Part shown: in pieces, positions 27,183 to 40,956 of the stretch
Numbering within the stretch: position 1 is the first letter of the stretch
Layout: each line of letters begins with the position of its first letter
NCBI RefSeq assembly: GCF_006345805.1
Contig: NC_043015.1
Location: 10,788,001-10,852,000 of the forward strand
Direction of reading: 5' to 3'
Origin: Octopus sinensis
Taxonomy: Eukaryota
Length of the DNA stretch: 64,000 nucleotides
The notes under the pieces: model-generated
What the model saw: the letters and a program-made list of their open reading frames with translations, nothing else
What the model was told of the DNA's origin: nothing
The model's database searches: none
Translations under genes and position numbers: made by a program

Positions 27183-27657
27183 ATTTGGTATAAAAGATGG
27201 GCTACAGCAAATATTCTACTCAATACCACAGATTTCCGCGTCAGTTGTTTGACCATAACCATTTGAGCATGTCCCTTAGTGGCTAACGATATGTGCATCT
27301 CTGATCACGAGCGGAAGTAGTGGGGGAGCATAATAACCATGTGTTGAGAGGGATTCTTTGGGATTTGAATAATTGACCTCTGTAAACATGGGAATTTCAT
27401 TCAACATCCTTAAACAACCCTTATTTAGGGACCTTTTGAGCAGGATGGGTTACTCAACCAGAAGAAAAAATTCTAACTGAGCCCCACCTGAAAGGTCATG
27501 CGCTGTTTATTTCGATATGAGATTACCATGTCGCTCACATATGGTTTTGATGCATGTGCCTAGTGTACCCTTATCAGATAGGTAGTCATGATAGGTATAC
27601 TGAGCTTCGTGTATTTTACCCCAGTGCCACTTTGATGGCACGCACTGCTCTCTCAAT
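27183..27657 (+). mobile_element. ~475-bp interspersed repeat inserted within (TAA)n; probably the 3' part of a TAA-targeting retroelement
   Basis: GC-balanced block bounded on both sides by (TAA)n, ending ctgctctctcaataataat; no convincing ORF. Family identity is from recall only. Confidence 0.5.
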
Positions 27658-27685
27658 AATAATAATGATGGTGATAATGATGATG

Positions 27686-27725
<40 letters not shown>

Positions 27726-27789
27726 TAATAATAATAATAATAATATAATAATAATAATAATGATGATGATGATGATGATGATAATAATA

Positions 27790-27965
27790 ATATTTTCTAC
27801 TAAAGGCGCAAACCCTGAAATCTGAGGGGAGGGTGACTAGTCAATTACCCAACTTATCGACCCCGAAAGGATGTAAGGCAAAGTATACCTAGGCTGAATT
27901 TGAACTCAGAACATAGTGACTGGCGAAATATCTCTAGGCATGTCTTCCATCGTTCTGACGACTCT
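27790..27965 (-). mobile_element. SINE family 1
   Basis: ttatcgaccccgaaaggatg.aaggcaaagt...aatttgaactcagaac is the reverse complement of the family 1 body. Confidence 0.75.
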
Positions 27966-28049
27966 CTCAGCTAGTCGTCTTAATGATAACAACAAGAACA
28001 ACACAAGAACAAGAACAATTATAATGGGTACTTGTAACGACATCTAATC

Positions 28050-28440
28050 CCAGCTGAGAAACCTTGCAAGTAGCAGATATAGATGAGGGCATACTGAATA
28101 CAGGTAAAGAGAAAAGAACAAAAGAAGAATTACATGAAATACATAAAATACATAAAGAAGCATTACACAACAAGGGACTATACAATCAATTCCGTATAGC
28201 CACAAGAGAATCGAGGGAGGACATAATTGGGTTTGTCTAAAGAAAGAGTGCAAAATAGAAACTGAGATCACTATACATGCAGCGCAAGTCGAAGCCTTGG
28301 TCACGTATTGTAGGTTTAATGTTAGTGTTACAAATATATAGGTTTCTTCGTCATGTAGAGATTGTAATAGATTTGACGAAACCATAGAGTAAATGAATGC
28401 TCTCGAGTTGCCCAAATCCTGTATAACTTGGATACTGTGT
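28050..28440 (+). mobile_element. R4/Dong-like LINE fragment (linker plus zinc knuckle)
   Basis: ALHNKGLYNQF; WVCLKKECKIETEITIHAAQVEALVT; CRDCNRFDETIE. Confidence 0.65.
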
Positions 28441-28583
28441 GAAAATTTAAGCTTTGAGAGGAGTATATAGGGAGTAGCTCTACCAAATAGAAATATTGCA
28501 AAACTTTTGCCCCATTGGCACCGGCAGACTAATCAGGAATCTAGACTATAGAGAAAACATAGCATAGAACTACAAATATATGC

Positions 28584-28654
<71 letters not shown>

Positions 28655-28694
28655 ATGCATGCATATATATAATATGTATATATACATATGTTTG

Positions 28695-28733
<39 letters not shown>

Positions 28734-28792
28734 TATATATACATTACCGAGGCATGAAGGTAGCTGCCTCGTGTAATTTCTGTCCCTTCTGG

Positions 28793-28908
28793 CTCCTTTA
28801 CTGATGAGCGCGTTGGCCTTTTGGAAGATTGACTTGATTAAGTTTAATTTAATTTAATTAGGCTGGTTTACCATTAAAAACGCCGAAACAATGCATTGTC
28901 TAAAGAAG
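28793..28908 (+). ncRNA. Type I hammerhead ribozyme with long stem II; predicted cleavage after GTC at 28900
   Basis: CTCCTTTA-CTGATGA-G(c)GCGTT...AACGC-C-GAA-ACAATGCATTGT-C-TAAAGAAG; stem I 7/8 paired, palindromic 12-nt stem III. Confidence 0.8.
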
Positions 28909-29094
28909 AACAGGGTAAATGTTTTTTTTAATTTTTCCTCTGATTTCGGAATTACTACTATTTGCGGTTGGAGGCCTGGCTGCCATTTCTAGTGGGTCGA
29001 ACGGCCTATTATAGCCGTTTCTCAATTGTTGTTACATATATATATGTATATGTACATATATATATATATGTGTATAGATCAATAAATGGTGGGG

Positions 29095-29370
29095 TTGTGT
29101 TCTCACATGCGCTGGTTGCCAACATAATTATGTCTCCCGTTACGTAAACGAGTAGCGGTGCATAAAGAACAAATAAATCTCCCGGAATACCGACAAATTC
29201 CACTGAGTGACCACATAGACTCATGCGCTAAAGACTTAAACCCCAAATTCTATATATTCCCCTTCTACCAATGTAAAGACGGGACAACCACACAGGAGAG
29301 AATTAACAAGGAGAATCTTTTTATTGAAAAATTCCAAACACAACTTAATATGCAAACTCCTCGTTGATCA
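29095..29370 (+). mobile_element. Penelope-like GIY-YIG endonuclease C-terminal fragment
   Basis: VLTCAGCQHNYV~LRKRVAVHKEQINLPEYRQIPLSDHIDSCAKDLNPKFYIFPFYQC...ERINKENLFIEKFQTQLN*. Confidence 0.75.
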
Positions 29371-30049
29371 AACTTCCTTTTTCTACCTCATTCTTCATGG
29401 ATGGACTAACACAAATATATAAGGATACAATGCATTCATCACTTCAAGCTAAAACTTATATTCTTTAAATATCATTTTTACTATTGTTGTTACTACTATC
29501 ATTTTTATTATATATGATATAACAATCTGAAATGAAATTATAAATTGGTCTATGCAAATTTATATAATTAGAAAATAATATAAATAAAGTGTTAAAATCT
29601 GAAAGTTAAGTTAACAAACAATTATATAAAAAAGATAATGCAAATGAAGCTAAAATGATAATTTTATAACTTGGGGTTTATTAGCAGCCTTTATTGAAGG
29701 GGAGTTTGAGAAACACAAATTGAAGAACTCAAAAGAGTTGTCTCCCCTTATTCACAACAGAGGAACTGAAGAACCACAATTACTACTACTTCCTGTTTTG
29801 CCAACATCCTTAATTAAACCAAACAACACATGGTCTTAATCCCATTGGATCCTAATACCTCAAGGTAATTTTTTCGTGAACAATCATTATATATAATTGT
29901 ATTTTCTATTTCTATTTCTATGTCTTGTTATATTTGTACTATATTATGTATAATATAACTGCTGTTGTGTGATGGTTTAATAAAGCATTGATTGGGTATT
30001 ATCTGATGGTTGATGATTGAGTTAGGTATATTTCTCCATTTTCTCATTT

Positions 30050-30104
<55 letters not shown>

Positions 30105-30157
30105 ATAATTGAAAATGCAGACAAATGCTCAAGATATTATTTAAACCATTTGTATCT

Positions 30158-30250
30158 CCATATAAAGGACAACGTTTCGATAGACGCATTAAAATAGCTC
30201 CCGGAAGAAGAATCATGTGGAAAAATGCATCAATCACATCAGGGATATGG
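30158..30250 (-). ncRNA. Degenerate type I hammerhead ribozyme
   Basis: Minus strand: CCATAtcc-CTGATGT-GATTGATGCATT...AATGCGTCTATC-GAA-ACGTTGT-C-ctttaTATGG. 12-bp stem II with one mismatch; A9 changed to T; inner stem I unpaired. Confidence 0.55.
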
Positions 30251-33200
30251 TAAATATAAACTAGACATTTTAGCTCAGTTAGAGAACCCCATAGCTATTT
30301 CAAAGCAGTGAGATCGATCTTTACTAACCCCAAAATTTATTATAAAATATTTTATGGGAAAGTAATGTCTCGGAATTGAGGCAGATGTACCACAGAATCT
30401 AAGGCACTACCATTTCAACCTTCTGACATTACAGTCAAAGGGGACGTAACTTTAATTCTTTCCCTCTTGCACTTTTCTAATTTCTTTTTCATTTTCCGGT
30501 TTCTCCACCTATGTGGGAACAGCCTGAGGATTGCCTGAAGGTACCAGATCTATTAAGAATGCTGTCTCAACTGTGATAACCACAGGAAAATAATAGTAAA
30601 TTATAAAGATATATATTGTGATTATCAAATAATATATATGTGTGTATGTGTGTGTGTGCCTATCAGAAGAAACATTATTACATTCAGATAAATTTTATGA
30701 TCGAGGATTTATGAAACGAAATATCAGTTCATTGCATGTGTTAGTTCTACCCACCATTCTTTCCCTTACTCAGACCTTTAAGTTTAAATATTGTCCTCTA
30801 GTGGTGGCTGTAGAAATATTAGAATTACATCAGATAGCAGTCACATATAAACCTAACATGCGTCTGTTTTAAAGCTACTATTTACCAATTTATTCTCTCT
30901 CCTACTCTCTCCCTAACTTTCTGTTTCTCTGTCTGTCTCTCTCTCTCTCTCACACACACTCTCTCTCTCTCAAAAGATAAAATTCTCCTCGATAGTTGTA
31001 ATATTCTTGAGTAGATTCCCATGATATAGCTTAAGTTAAATACTGGATTAAACTATTTCTTTTGAATTGTGATTCTTCTCTGAAGGTTATCTTTCTGCCC
31101 TGTGTCCCGTCTACAATGGACAGCTTTCTTGGAACGAAATCATAGAGGATTGCATTAGAACAGTATAATATCAATATTAGATTTCTTTCCTATTCGCCTT
31201 TGAGCGAAGCAGTCTTGAAAACTGCGTCACTTGATTCGTTTTGCTCTCAGAGCACTAAGTTTACTTTCATATTTTGATATAGAGAATTACAGAAATAATA
31301 GTAGAAAACAAAGTATCTTGAAATGCATTTCCCGATTTATCTTACATTCTTCTGAGAGTGGTGTATTACTTAAGGGATATCAAATGCTATTTGTTACAGG
31401 TTCACTTTCTACATGTGTACTGCATTCCCCAAAACCGAGAAAGGAAAATGAAATACAGTATTTAAAGTCTTCTATCTCGACATATTATAAGTTAAAAATA
31501 AAAGTATTTGCTTCATGATATATTTTTATTTAACTCCTGCGTTCAAACAGTACATCTTTGTCTCTCTATATCTTGAAAACTTTTAATTCTTACAAACTCC
31601 GTAGAGTATGCTTCATTGTAGAAATGGAAGAACACTGAAATATATGGGTTGAATTCAAAAGATGACGTTAAAAAGATGATCCAAGGGATCGATATTGGTT
31701 TCAAATGCCATTGATATTTTAATTCTGTTTTTTCTTCTTAAACTTTAATTACGTCTTCTCAGAGTTTCTGTCAACGATTTTAAAAGTCAGTTGTTCGAAG
31801 ATATAAATTATGCTGCAGTAGAATTCTCCACATACATTGCACAAATAATTCATGCAGTCGATTGATATATATGTGCAGTCGATATATATATATATATATG
31901 TGTGCTCATGATTGAAGGACTTTATTTAATCCACAATAAATATGTGAACGACAAAGTGAAGATCAATGTCTTTTTCAATCTCCGCAGAAAAAAGAAAAAA
32001 ATACTAAGTAAGTAATTTCCACCAAGGCTTTCGTATATGCAATGGAAGTAGCTACCTACCAGTATCATTATAAATCAAATGTGAAAGAAATATTTTAGAA
32101 ATATCATTTTAATGTTTTATTTTATCCTATAGTTTAGTTTTATAAATGATCTGTGGAAAAAGTTAATACTTTGAAATATATATATCATATTAATCGTATA
32201 AATAGCTTTCAGATGCTTAACGGAACTTTATTTTAGCAAAATGATGGAAACATTTTATATATCTTTACCACCATATTACTGTTTCTGTCCCTTCTCTAAA
32301 GCGTGTATGTACCACAATTTATGCAAACACACATATTTGTATAATATATATATATATATATATGTGTGTGTATGTGTGTGTGTGTTTCTCTGTATGTGCA
32401 TCCGTGTATGTGTGTATTAATGCATACATATATATGTGCATTCATGCATGTATAAACGCATGCACGTACACCGATATCTCTCTCTATATGTGTATGTATG
32501 TATGTATGTACTTATGTATGCATGGGTGTGTGCTTCTGAAAGTAATTATATATTATTTTCTTTTTGCGTGTGCACATTATTCTCTGCGGATTTTTGAAAT
32601 TTATTTTATAAATATTTGCATGATTATTGTAACCTAATGTTGAAAGAAATTTTGCTTTCAATCTAACTTCAAAGAAGCATTGTATTTACGAAGATGTGTA
32701 AAAATTTCATAGAATATGACTTTGTTGAAAACTGTTTTTATTCCTCTTGAAAATGTTAAGGTTATATACATCAATATACATGCTTACATGGAGACTAAAA
32801 GCGATCTTGAACAATTATATATTATGATTCACTAAAGTGAATGCTAATTTCCCATATCACTAGCTGTGATTTTATAATAGATTATCTGTCGTATGTATGT
32901 ACTCACAACAAAAGACAATAAATGTTCTTAAACATGAACTGTGTGTGGCCAGTAAAAAGAAAGAATTAGTTATTGTAAAAATATAGTAGAACATTATGAA
33001 CTTAATCTCATGTTTGCACTAAGCTCATAACCAGTGTATCAGTACATACAGGGTCATGCCATTGAGGTTTTAAAAATTCTCTCTCAGCAATGATTTATAA
33101 TCATTAGAATTATTATCGGCATCAGACAGTAACGTAAACAAGTAGCACGAAAATGATGCGATATATTTAGCTGAGCTGCGGAACGAGTAATCTGCAATTA

Positions 33201-34773
33201 TTTCTCTAAAAATATATCATATTAACAATGAAACTCTCCTGATGATTGTTGCAAAACTACCGAATGAAAACTTACCTGAAACAGGCTTCAAAATATTTTA
33301 TTGAACACAGAGCGGTTTAGAGAGCAACTCTTGTAAGAACAATGAACACTGAGCTTGATTTGGCCGGCTGGTAGATATATGCATGTACAGCAGATGTACA
33401 TGCATAGTGATACATGGGGGATCAAATTACAAGCCCAATTTTTCAATATGTGAAATTCTACGGAATTATTGACTGCATTAATTTTGGATCACTGTGAACC
33501 ACATAGGTTGATTGATAAGTGGGAAAGAGAAAGGACTCTACCGAACAGCTCCTCATCAACAATGTTGTTTTCGGGAAGAAACCTTTTGCTGTAATACATG
33601 TTGATTGTAAGGCTACAATACAAGAATGGGTTTCATACTGATTCTAATATATGGCTAATAGAGTCAATGTGGCTTGCCAAGTTATCAACTAATATAATCG
33701 ACTCTATAACGAAAATGATACAGAACAATCGATAATTGACCTAGTACTTTAGGCACTATCAGGATTAGGCTACATACATATTTCAGCCGTTAGCTAAACT
33801 ACGTCAGCTTAGGAAAAGGCAACATGAAAGAATCTTCTGAAGAGTGAAAAGTTCCTACGATACACACTTTTTGGGAAATGAGATTAAACTGCAATCTAGT
33901 GATGTTTACGAAACAAAGAACCATTTTAAATTGGCGTCAACGTTATCACTGCTAGTAGAAATGTAGTTTGATCATAACAGAAACATGCAAGAATATGAAT
34001 ACTAAGGCTATTATATCTCCACTTACCGACATTAAAGAAGGCTACAAATAGCATGGAAGAGTATTTAGTATTCAACAAAACTATATTCCATAATGATTTC
34101 GCACCGCCGTGTGCTGCAACAAACATTTAGGATGTATTGTTGGTCAACGAACGGAGACATCCGGGATCTACATCAGTGAGGTACTAACAATAAAAGGTAA
34201 TATCTATATAAATAGTGATACAGATATTATCTATGTTATGTAGGCAGGGACACGAACCAAAAACAGAATGCTTTTGCAACCACGTAACAGTTAGAAAGGT
34301 ATGTTGAGCAACAACCCGAAAATTATAAAACAGTCCGATCACATCCACCTCAGCAAACACACACACAAACAGCTTTTGCTATAAAACATTTAATTATATA
34401 GTAATTCTAAAGAATAATTTTATGTAATGATATATAACTCAGCGGCTTCAAGTTAGAGTCAAGTGCAGAAACAAGTGTTGTGATTTTATTTTAGACCATG
34501 GTATTTTCCATCATTCAGTTATATCATTATTGTATTAATTTATATTAATATAATATTGATATACTCCTATTCAGCAGAAGAATTCCGCATGTTCATTCAA
34601 CTTTGGAAAATAGAACGTAGAATGGCATGTCCAGTTATTAAATACATATTATGTGTTTATGACACGATTGATACATACATATATATGTATGTGTTGTGAG
34701 TATGTGTGTGTGTCTGTGCGTGCGTGTGTGTGTATATTTGAGTGTGTGTATGTGTATGCATACGAACTGGAAC

Positions 34774-34816
34774 GGTATGTTCCGACGACCAGGAACGTGA
34801 AACTCTGAGTAATGGT
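34774..34816 (+). ncRNA. Hammerhead-like motif with CCGACGA core (mini-element copy 2, element ~34765-34895)
   Basis: CCGACGA-ccaggaacgt-GAA-ACTCTGAGT-A; stems I and II decayed. Confidence 0.45.
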
Positions 34817-35144
34817 AAAAGATAATTTTCCAGCTTTTTCAAAATATATATTACTCTATATTTCGTATTCGAGTACTGATTTTCCTACCCGATTTTACAT
34901 GTATGCACTCACCCGTCGAAACGCGGAGTAGATGAAACAGGGACAACTGATGAAGAGATTTTCTTTGTGTTGCCTGTCTCCTTTCTTTATGTTTCATTCG
35001 TTGTTCAAAAAAAAAGTTCGTCTTCCATGTTTTTGTTTTTTTACGCCCTCGTTTTTCATGTTGTCCATGTTTTTGACGTCCTGTACCCATATATGCATTA
35101 TATATACATATATATGTAGGTGTGTACATATGTGTATGTATATA

Positions 35145-35206
<62 letters not shown>

Positions 35207-35212
35207 TATATT

Positions 35213-35262
<50 letters not shown>

Positions 35263-36003
35263 ACATATATACATATATGCAAAAAAAATATATATATATA
35301 TATATATTATATATATTATTGAATGTTTAAAGTGTTGTACAGAGACTATATTTTCGAACTTGTTAAAATAAAGTAAGTCAAAATGAATACATTTTCATAC
35401 GACTTTCAACTTTCGACTCTTTTATTTTAATTTTCAGTGATGACTTACCCACCCCACGTTTCTTATTTCTTCCATCCTACTTCCTAAAATTAACATCATT
35501 GAAACGTCAATGATGTTAATAAAATGACTATCTACAAATATGTATACAAATACGTATACAATGGAAAGGAAAGAGGAAGGAGAAAGACAACAGAAAAATG
35601 CTTTGTACTGAAATTTAAATGACCACATCAAATTGAAAAGAAACGACTCTCCTTCTATCTATCTACCAGCTTCTTTGCCTCTTTATCTATCTATCTATCA
35701 TTTTCCCATCCTTTATTATTTCCCCCCTCCTTCTTGATTCTCCTGGCACCCATCTTTCTGTCTATCCCTTCCCCTCTATGCTTTTCTGTCTCTCTCCTCT
35801 TTTTCCCACAAAAACAAAAACAATATTTTCCGAAAAACATACGAGTCATATAACGAAACAGCGAAATGCTCTGTTTTTACTATTTTGATATTCATTTTGT
35901 CTTGACGAGTTCAAAACACCAACGAAAGCTGTAGAAAAGAATTATCCCAAATTCTGGTTGCTTCGTTTTTCTCAATATATATATATAGAGAGAGATTCTA
36001 ACA

Positions 36004-36047
36004 AAACTGTCCGACGAACGGAAACGTGAAACTCTGAGCGTCAGTTT
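36004..36047 (+). ncRNA. Hammerhead-like motif with CCGACGA core (mini-element copy 3, element ~35990-36080)
   Basis: AAACTGT-CCGACGA-ACG-GAAA-CGT-GAA-ACTCTGAGC-G-TCAGTTT; stems I and II are readable, the cleavage triplet is mutated. Confidence 0.55.
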
Positions 36048-36165
36048 CTGTTATATTTGTACTGCTCTAAAATAAAGTATATATATATATATATATATTA
36101 CTCTCACTCTGTCACACACACTCACACACACTCACACACACACACACACAACACAAACATCACAC

Positions 36166-36228
<63 letters not shown>

Positions 36229-36247
36229 CATATATATATAATATATA

Positions 36248-36285
<38 letters not shown>

Positions 36286-36499
36286 GTATATATACATATA
36301 CAAATATTGATGTAGTAGAATTGCTAACTTTTATATCTGCTTATATATCGTATATAAAACCAATTTATGATTTGAGTCATAGTACAATATTTTATGGCTG
36401 TTAGAATATGCAAAAAATTGCATATTCTAAAATCTATATAAAAGATTATAGCATTAAAATTTACATATATTATGTAAACAATTCGTTTCATTTACTTAT

Positions 36500-36568
<69 letters not shown>

Positions 36569-37123
36569 AAGTATGTATGCGTGTATGTTTGTATGATTGT
36601 ATGTATATATGAATATATCTATATCTATAGATAGATACATGTCCATGCATATGTTTGCATATATATACTTCTGTGTCTATTTTATCTGTATATAATATCT
36701 GTTTTCGGTAAAAGCGTTATGTGTTTTTGAAGCACATTACGTATATAACAGGATTATTTAACATCAAAAGTTTCACTAATATATAGATAAGTAATCACAC
36801 CTCCTTTATAATAGTAAAAATGTTTAATAAGATTCCATTAAATGCTATTGCACTCACACATGTTGCAATAATGTAATCTGAAACGTACTTATTGAAGTTT
36901 CTGTAAAAGAATTACACATGACTTATACAGACAATTTAACAACTGCTGTGGGTATGACAGTACACTTTCCTTTATATTATAAAAAAGAAAACGATATATG
37001 CTACTATATGAATAGAATTTTATTTTAAAAGCCTTTTAGTACCATGACACTAACATCATTGCTGTAGAACAAAGTAAGTAAATAATACGCACACACACAC
37101 ACGCGCACAAATATATATAATAT

Positions 37124-37168
<45 letters not shown>

Positions 37169-37269
37169 CATTTATATTGATTTACATATATATGTGTATC
37201 TGAGGGTGCATCTATGCGTGCATATATGTGACTATACGTAGCATATAGAATATGAGTATGTGTATGTAC

Positions 37270-37302
<33 letters not shown>

Positions 37303-39368
37303 TGCAGGGAGACATGTTGATAGGTGACACATATAACGAAACATATTTACCTTAATACATAAAATTCAATACACACATTCAAATGAATACTTAGTTTATG
37401 CAAATATTAAATGAATATTGAAAAAAATATCATACATAAAATATAAGAATTAATGTATCCAGATTTTTATGTAACGATACAAATAAAAGCAAATTGTATA
37501 AAAGGTATTTATAATTTTCTGCTTTAGGTGAAATAGGATTACCGATTAGGTAAATCAACTGATACACCCTGATATCTTAAACAAACTACTCCGTTTTCAA
37601 GGTGTGCATTGTGTTTTGGGACACAGTAATCCATAAGATTCCCTGCAGAATCCGAGCCATTATATTTTGCTATATTAAAATAATTTGATAAGTTGTATGG
37701 TTATAAATATATCAATGCAATTGTAGAAGAATTGGGCGACCAAATACATATGCAGAAGAAGTTGTAATATTTATTTATAGTGATCAAATATTTTTTCTGC
37801 CCATTAGCTCACAGACTGCGTGAAACTGAAATCTCTTGTACAGTCGCATAGTTCATCAATCGCCACGTGTGAAAATAGCCGCAGATATCTTTTTCTTCAA
37901 AAAGAAAACGCGCTGGGCAATTCGACTGTATCCACTGAAGCAAGAATTCACAGAAAATCCTATGTATGGTACATCGCTTTTGTCGATTGGTGCCAACATT
38001 TTCACAAAATACTTAAGTCTTCACCTAAATATTTCTTTGCAATAACTAACTGACGGTTAAAAAGCAAATATATTTAGGTATATTTCGGTTATTTCATGCG
38101 ATATGTAATTTCGTTTGGAGGAAAAACACCTTTGTATACAACTGCTGTTGGTCGCATAGTTATTTGTACTTTTTATTAGGTTAAGAATGTAAAGTCGTCG
38201 ACCTGTGAGAAATTGTGTACGCCTGACATAAGACTTAGCGACATTTCATCCTTTTTGGTGTCCTTTGCTCAAATTCCCCCGACATCGACATTGCTCTTCA
38301 TTGTTTGGTCGTCGATAAAACAACAGTCAATTTCTGAAATCGACTTACAAATTCTCTAAAATATCAATGACGCTGTACCTACCTTTGGAAACCCTTATGA
38401 GCAGAAAAGTTTATGATATTCAGTGGAGGTTATATTTCTAAGATTTAGAGAAAAGAATATTGACGTATTTTCGGAAAGATGATACAGATATACGTTTATG
38501 TTCATGTAATTTTTGAAGAAATATTTCATGGAATTTATAAATCGACATCCTTGTACGTTTAATTTAATGTTGCAAGGCTTTCATTTAAAAAACAAAATGT
38601 TCTATTGCAACATAACATGGACATTTTTATGGGAATATTTTTTTAATGGTAATATATAACATTTGATTACTTTGAGGCTATCCTTTTAGCAATTTCCCTG
38701 TAGGATGTATCTACAGGAAATCATCTATATGGTTTTTATTGAGGGAATTTACGAGTAATGTGTATTAAAGATAAAATATATTATGGGTGTTCACAGTGGC
38801 AATTTCAAAACTTAATTTTTTTGAGGATATCTCCAAATCTCTTTATTTTGGCCCTTCACAGTTTCAATGCCTTTATCCCGGTAAAAGTTACTGGGATCAA
38901 TAAGAAATATTTCTCATAACTAATTTAACTACTCAGACGAGACGTATATATTCTACAAAATACTTTCCTATCGAAATTATGTCTAAGGGTTTGGTGTTTA
39001 GGTACACACAAATATCTGTGTATGTGTGATTGTGATTGAGTATGTACATATGTAGGTGTCTATATACATAAAACTGAAAATATGTTTCCGTCTATTTTTC
39101 TGTATGAATGTATGTATGCGTGCATCACTAAAGCTCGAGCACTAACCAACCGACTTCATTCTAATTTTAAACATGCCTTCCATAGGGTACATGCAGTGTC
39201 ATGGGTTAAATGCATTTTCAACTTCTTTCCTGATGCTAGCATGGAGCGATCTCTTCTCCCTTACGATATTTCGGTAATACGTGTCAGAAGTGAAACAATA
39301 ACATGTCTATTGCAATGAGAGATAATACTTTCAGATTTAATAGTTTCACTATTGATAATTTCAGTTTG

Positions 39369-39400
<32 letters not shown>

Positions 39401-39461
39401 ATATAACTTTAATTTCTATTCCTTTAACTATGTATTAATACACGTCTGTATATATGTATAT

Positions 39462-39538
<77 letters not shown>

Positions 39539-39558
39539 CATATACATACATACCATAT

Positions 39559-39600
<42 letters not shown>

Positions 39601-39613
39601 TATATATATATTA

Positions 39614-39793
39614 TATACGTAAAATAAGAGAGTAACCACGATGTGGTCGACTCTAGCACTAAAATAGATCCGCTAGGTTTCTAGTCGTGCTAACTTCATC
39701 ATCGGAAACAATTCTTCGTGGCTGAAACCTACCGGATCTATTTTTAGTGCTAGAGTCGACCACATAGTGGTTACTCTCTTATATTTACGTATA
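39614..39793. repeat. Inverted repeat, ~68-bp arms (39614-39681 / 39724-39793), adjacent to (TA)n
   Basis: tatacgtaaa.taagagagtaaccac.atgtggtcgactctagcactaaaa.tagatccg.taggtttc on both strands. Confidence 0.93.
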
Positions 39794-39890
39794 AAATTTA
39801 TTGTATTCCTGGTTTTTATGCACTAAGCCACTTGGTGTTAAATGGATGTACTATTAAATTAGTATCCAATTTTCTCACCCTTATTAATTG

Positions 39891-39925
<35 letters not shown>

Positions 39926-40035
39926 TTTATTTTGAGCACCAGAAAATTCAGCTGCTTAAAATAAAGCATATTACTCTACCACTGGTATTTGAGTACTCTT
40001 TTTTCCACCTTGGTTCACATTTATGTGTTTACTCC

Positions 40036-40065
<30 letters not shown>

Positions 40066-40069
<4 letters not shown>

Positions 40070-40374
40070 AAATAAGAAAATGGAGAAATACATCTAAATC
40101 AATTATCAACTACCAGATAATACCCAATCACATAATTTATTAAACCACTACATATGAACATTAGGGTCAAACATAATAATATAGAACAAAACAGTGTACA
40201 TGAAGGAGTAAAATGATACAATAAATGTTAAGTACAGTATGTAGTTTATATTTATAGTTATATTTATTTATATTCACTTATACATACTGTAGTGGTTTAA
40301 TAAATTATGTGATTGGGTATTTTCTGGTAATTGATAATTGATTTAGATGTACTTCTCCACTTTCTTATTTTGTA
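40066..40374. repeat. Inverted repeat, ~87-bp arms (40066-40152 / 40288-40374), adjacent to (TA)n
   Basis: tacaaaataagaaa.tggagaa.tacatctaaatcaattatcaa.taccaga.aatacccaatcacataatttattaaaccactaca on both strands. Confidence 0.93.
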
Positions 40375-40547
40375 TTATTAATTTATGGTAAAACATTTTA
40401 CCTTTGCCCATATAAAACAGTAAATGAATTAATTGCATCGCAATTCTTAACATTTATGTATTAACTTTGTTGGGTGCTTCACTAGCAGTATATTGGATAT
40501 GTGTTATCCCATGGAGGTTTGCATTTACAGCCCTATCTCAAATTGTA

Positions 40548-40584
<37 letters not shown>

Positions 40585-40788
40585 TATATATATATATATA
40601 TATATATGTATATGTATATTTATGTGGATATTGTTTGCAAGACTCTTTAGTGATTCTCTTTTAGAGCCTTATAATTTAACAAATTCACCGGTAAGTTTCC
40701 ACTCATTACTTTTTTATATTTCAAAACGTTTCGTTGCGCCTTGCAATCTTAATAGCTCTCTCCCTCTCTCTCTCTCCCTCTCTCTCTC

Positions 40789-40830
<42 letters not shown>

Positions 40831-40878
40831 TTATATAAATTGATCAAAATAAAATAAAAACATGATGCGAAGGATTCA

Positions 40879-40956
40879 GCGGTACATATGTTTCGGGCCT
40901 TTATTAGACAGATTTATAACAATGCATAATGTATGTCTGTGGCCTTCTTCAGCGCG
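40879..40956 (-). ncRNA. Type I hammerhead in the sense 3' arm of the fold-back PLE
   Basis: Reverse complement of 46576-46653 except one G missing from the 5' strand of stem I. Confidence 0.7.

Noticed and set aside
34925-34990. CTGATGA followed by an AGAGA/TCTT hairpin
   Set aside because: No downstream GAAA or stem III.
37820-38053. Open frames with a candidate acceptor (cttgtacag)
   Set aside because: No recognisable homology, weak donor.
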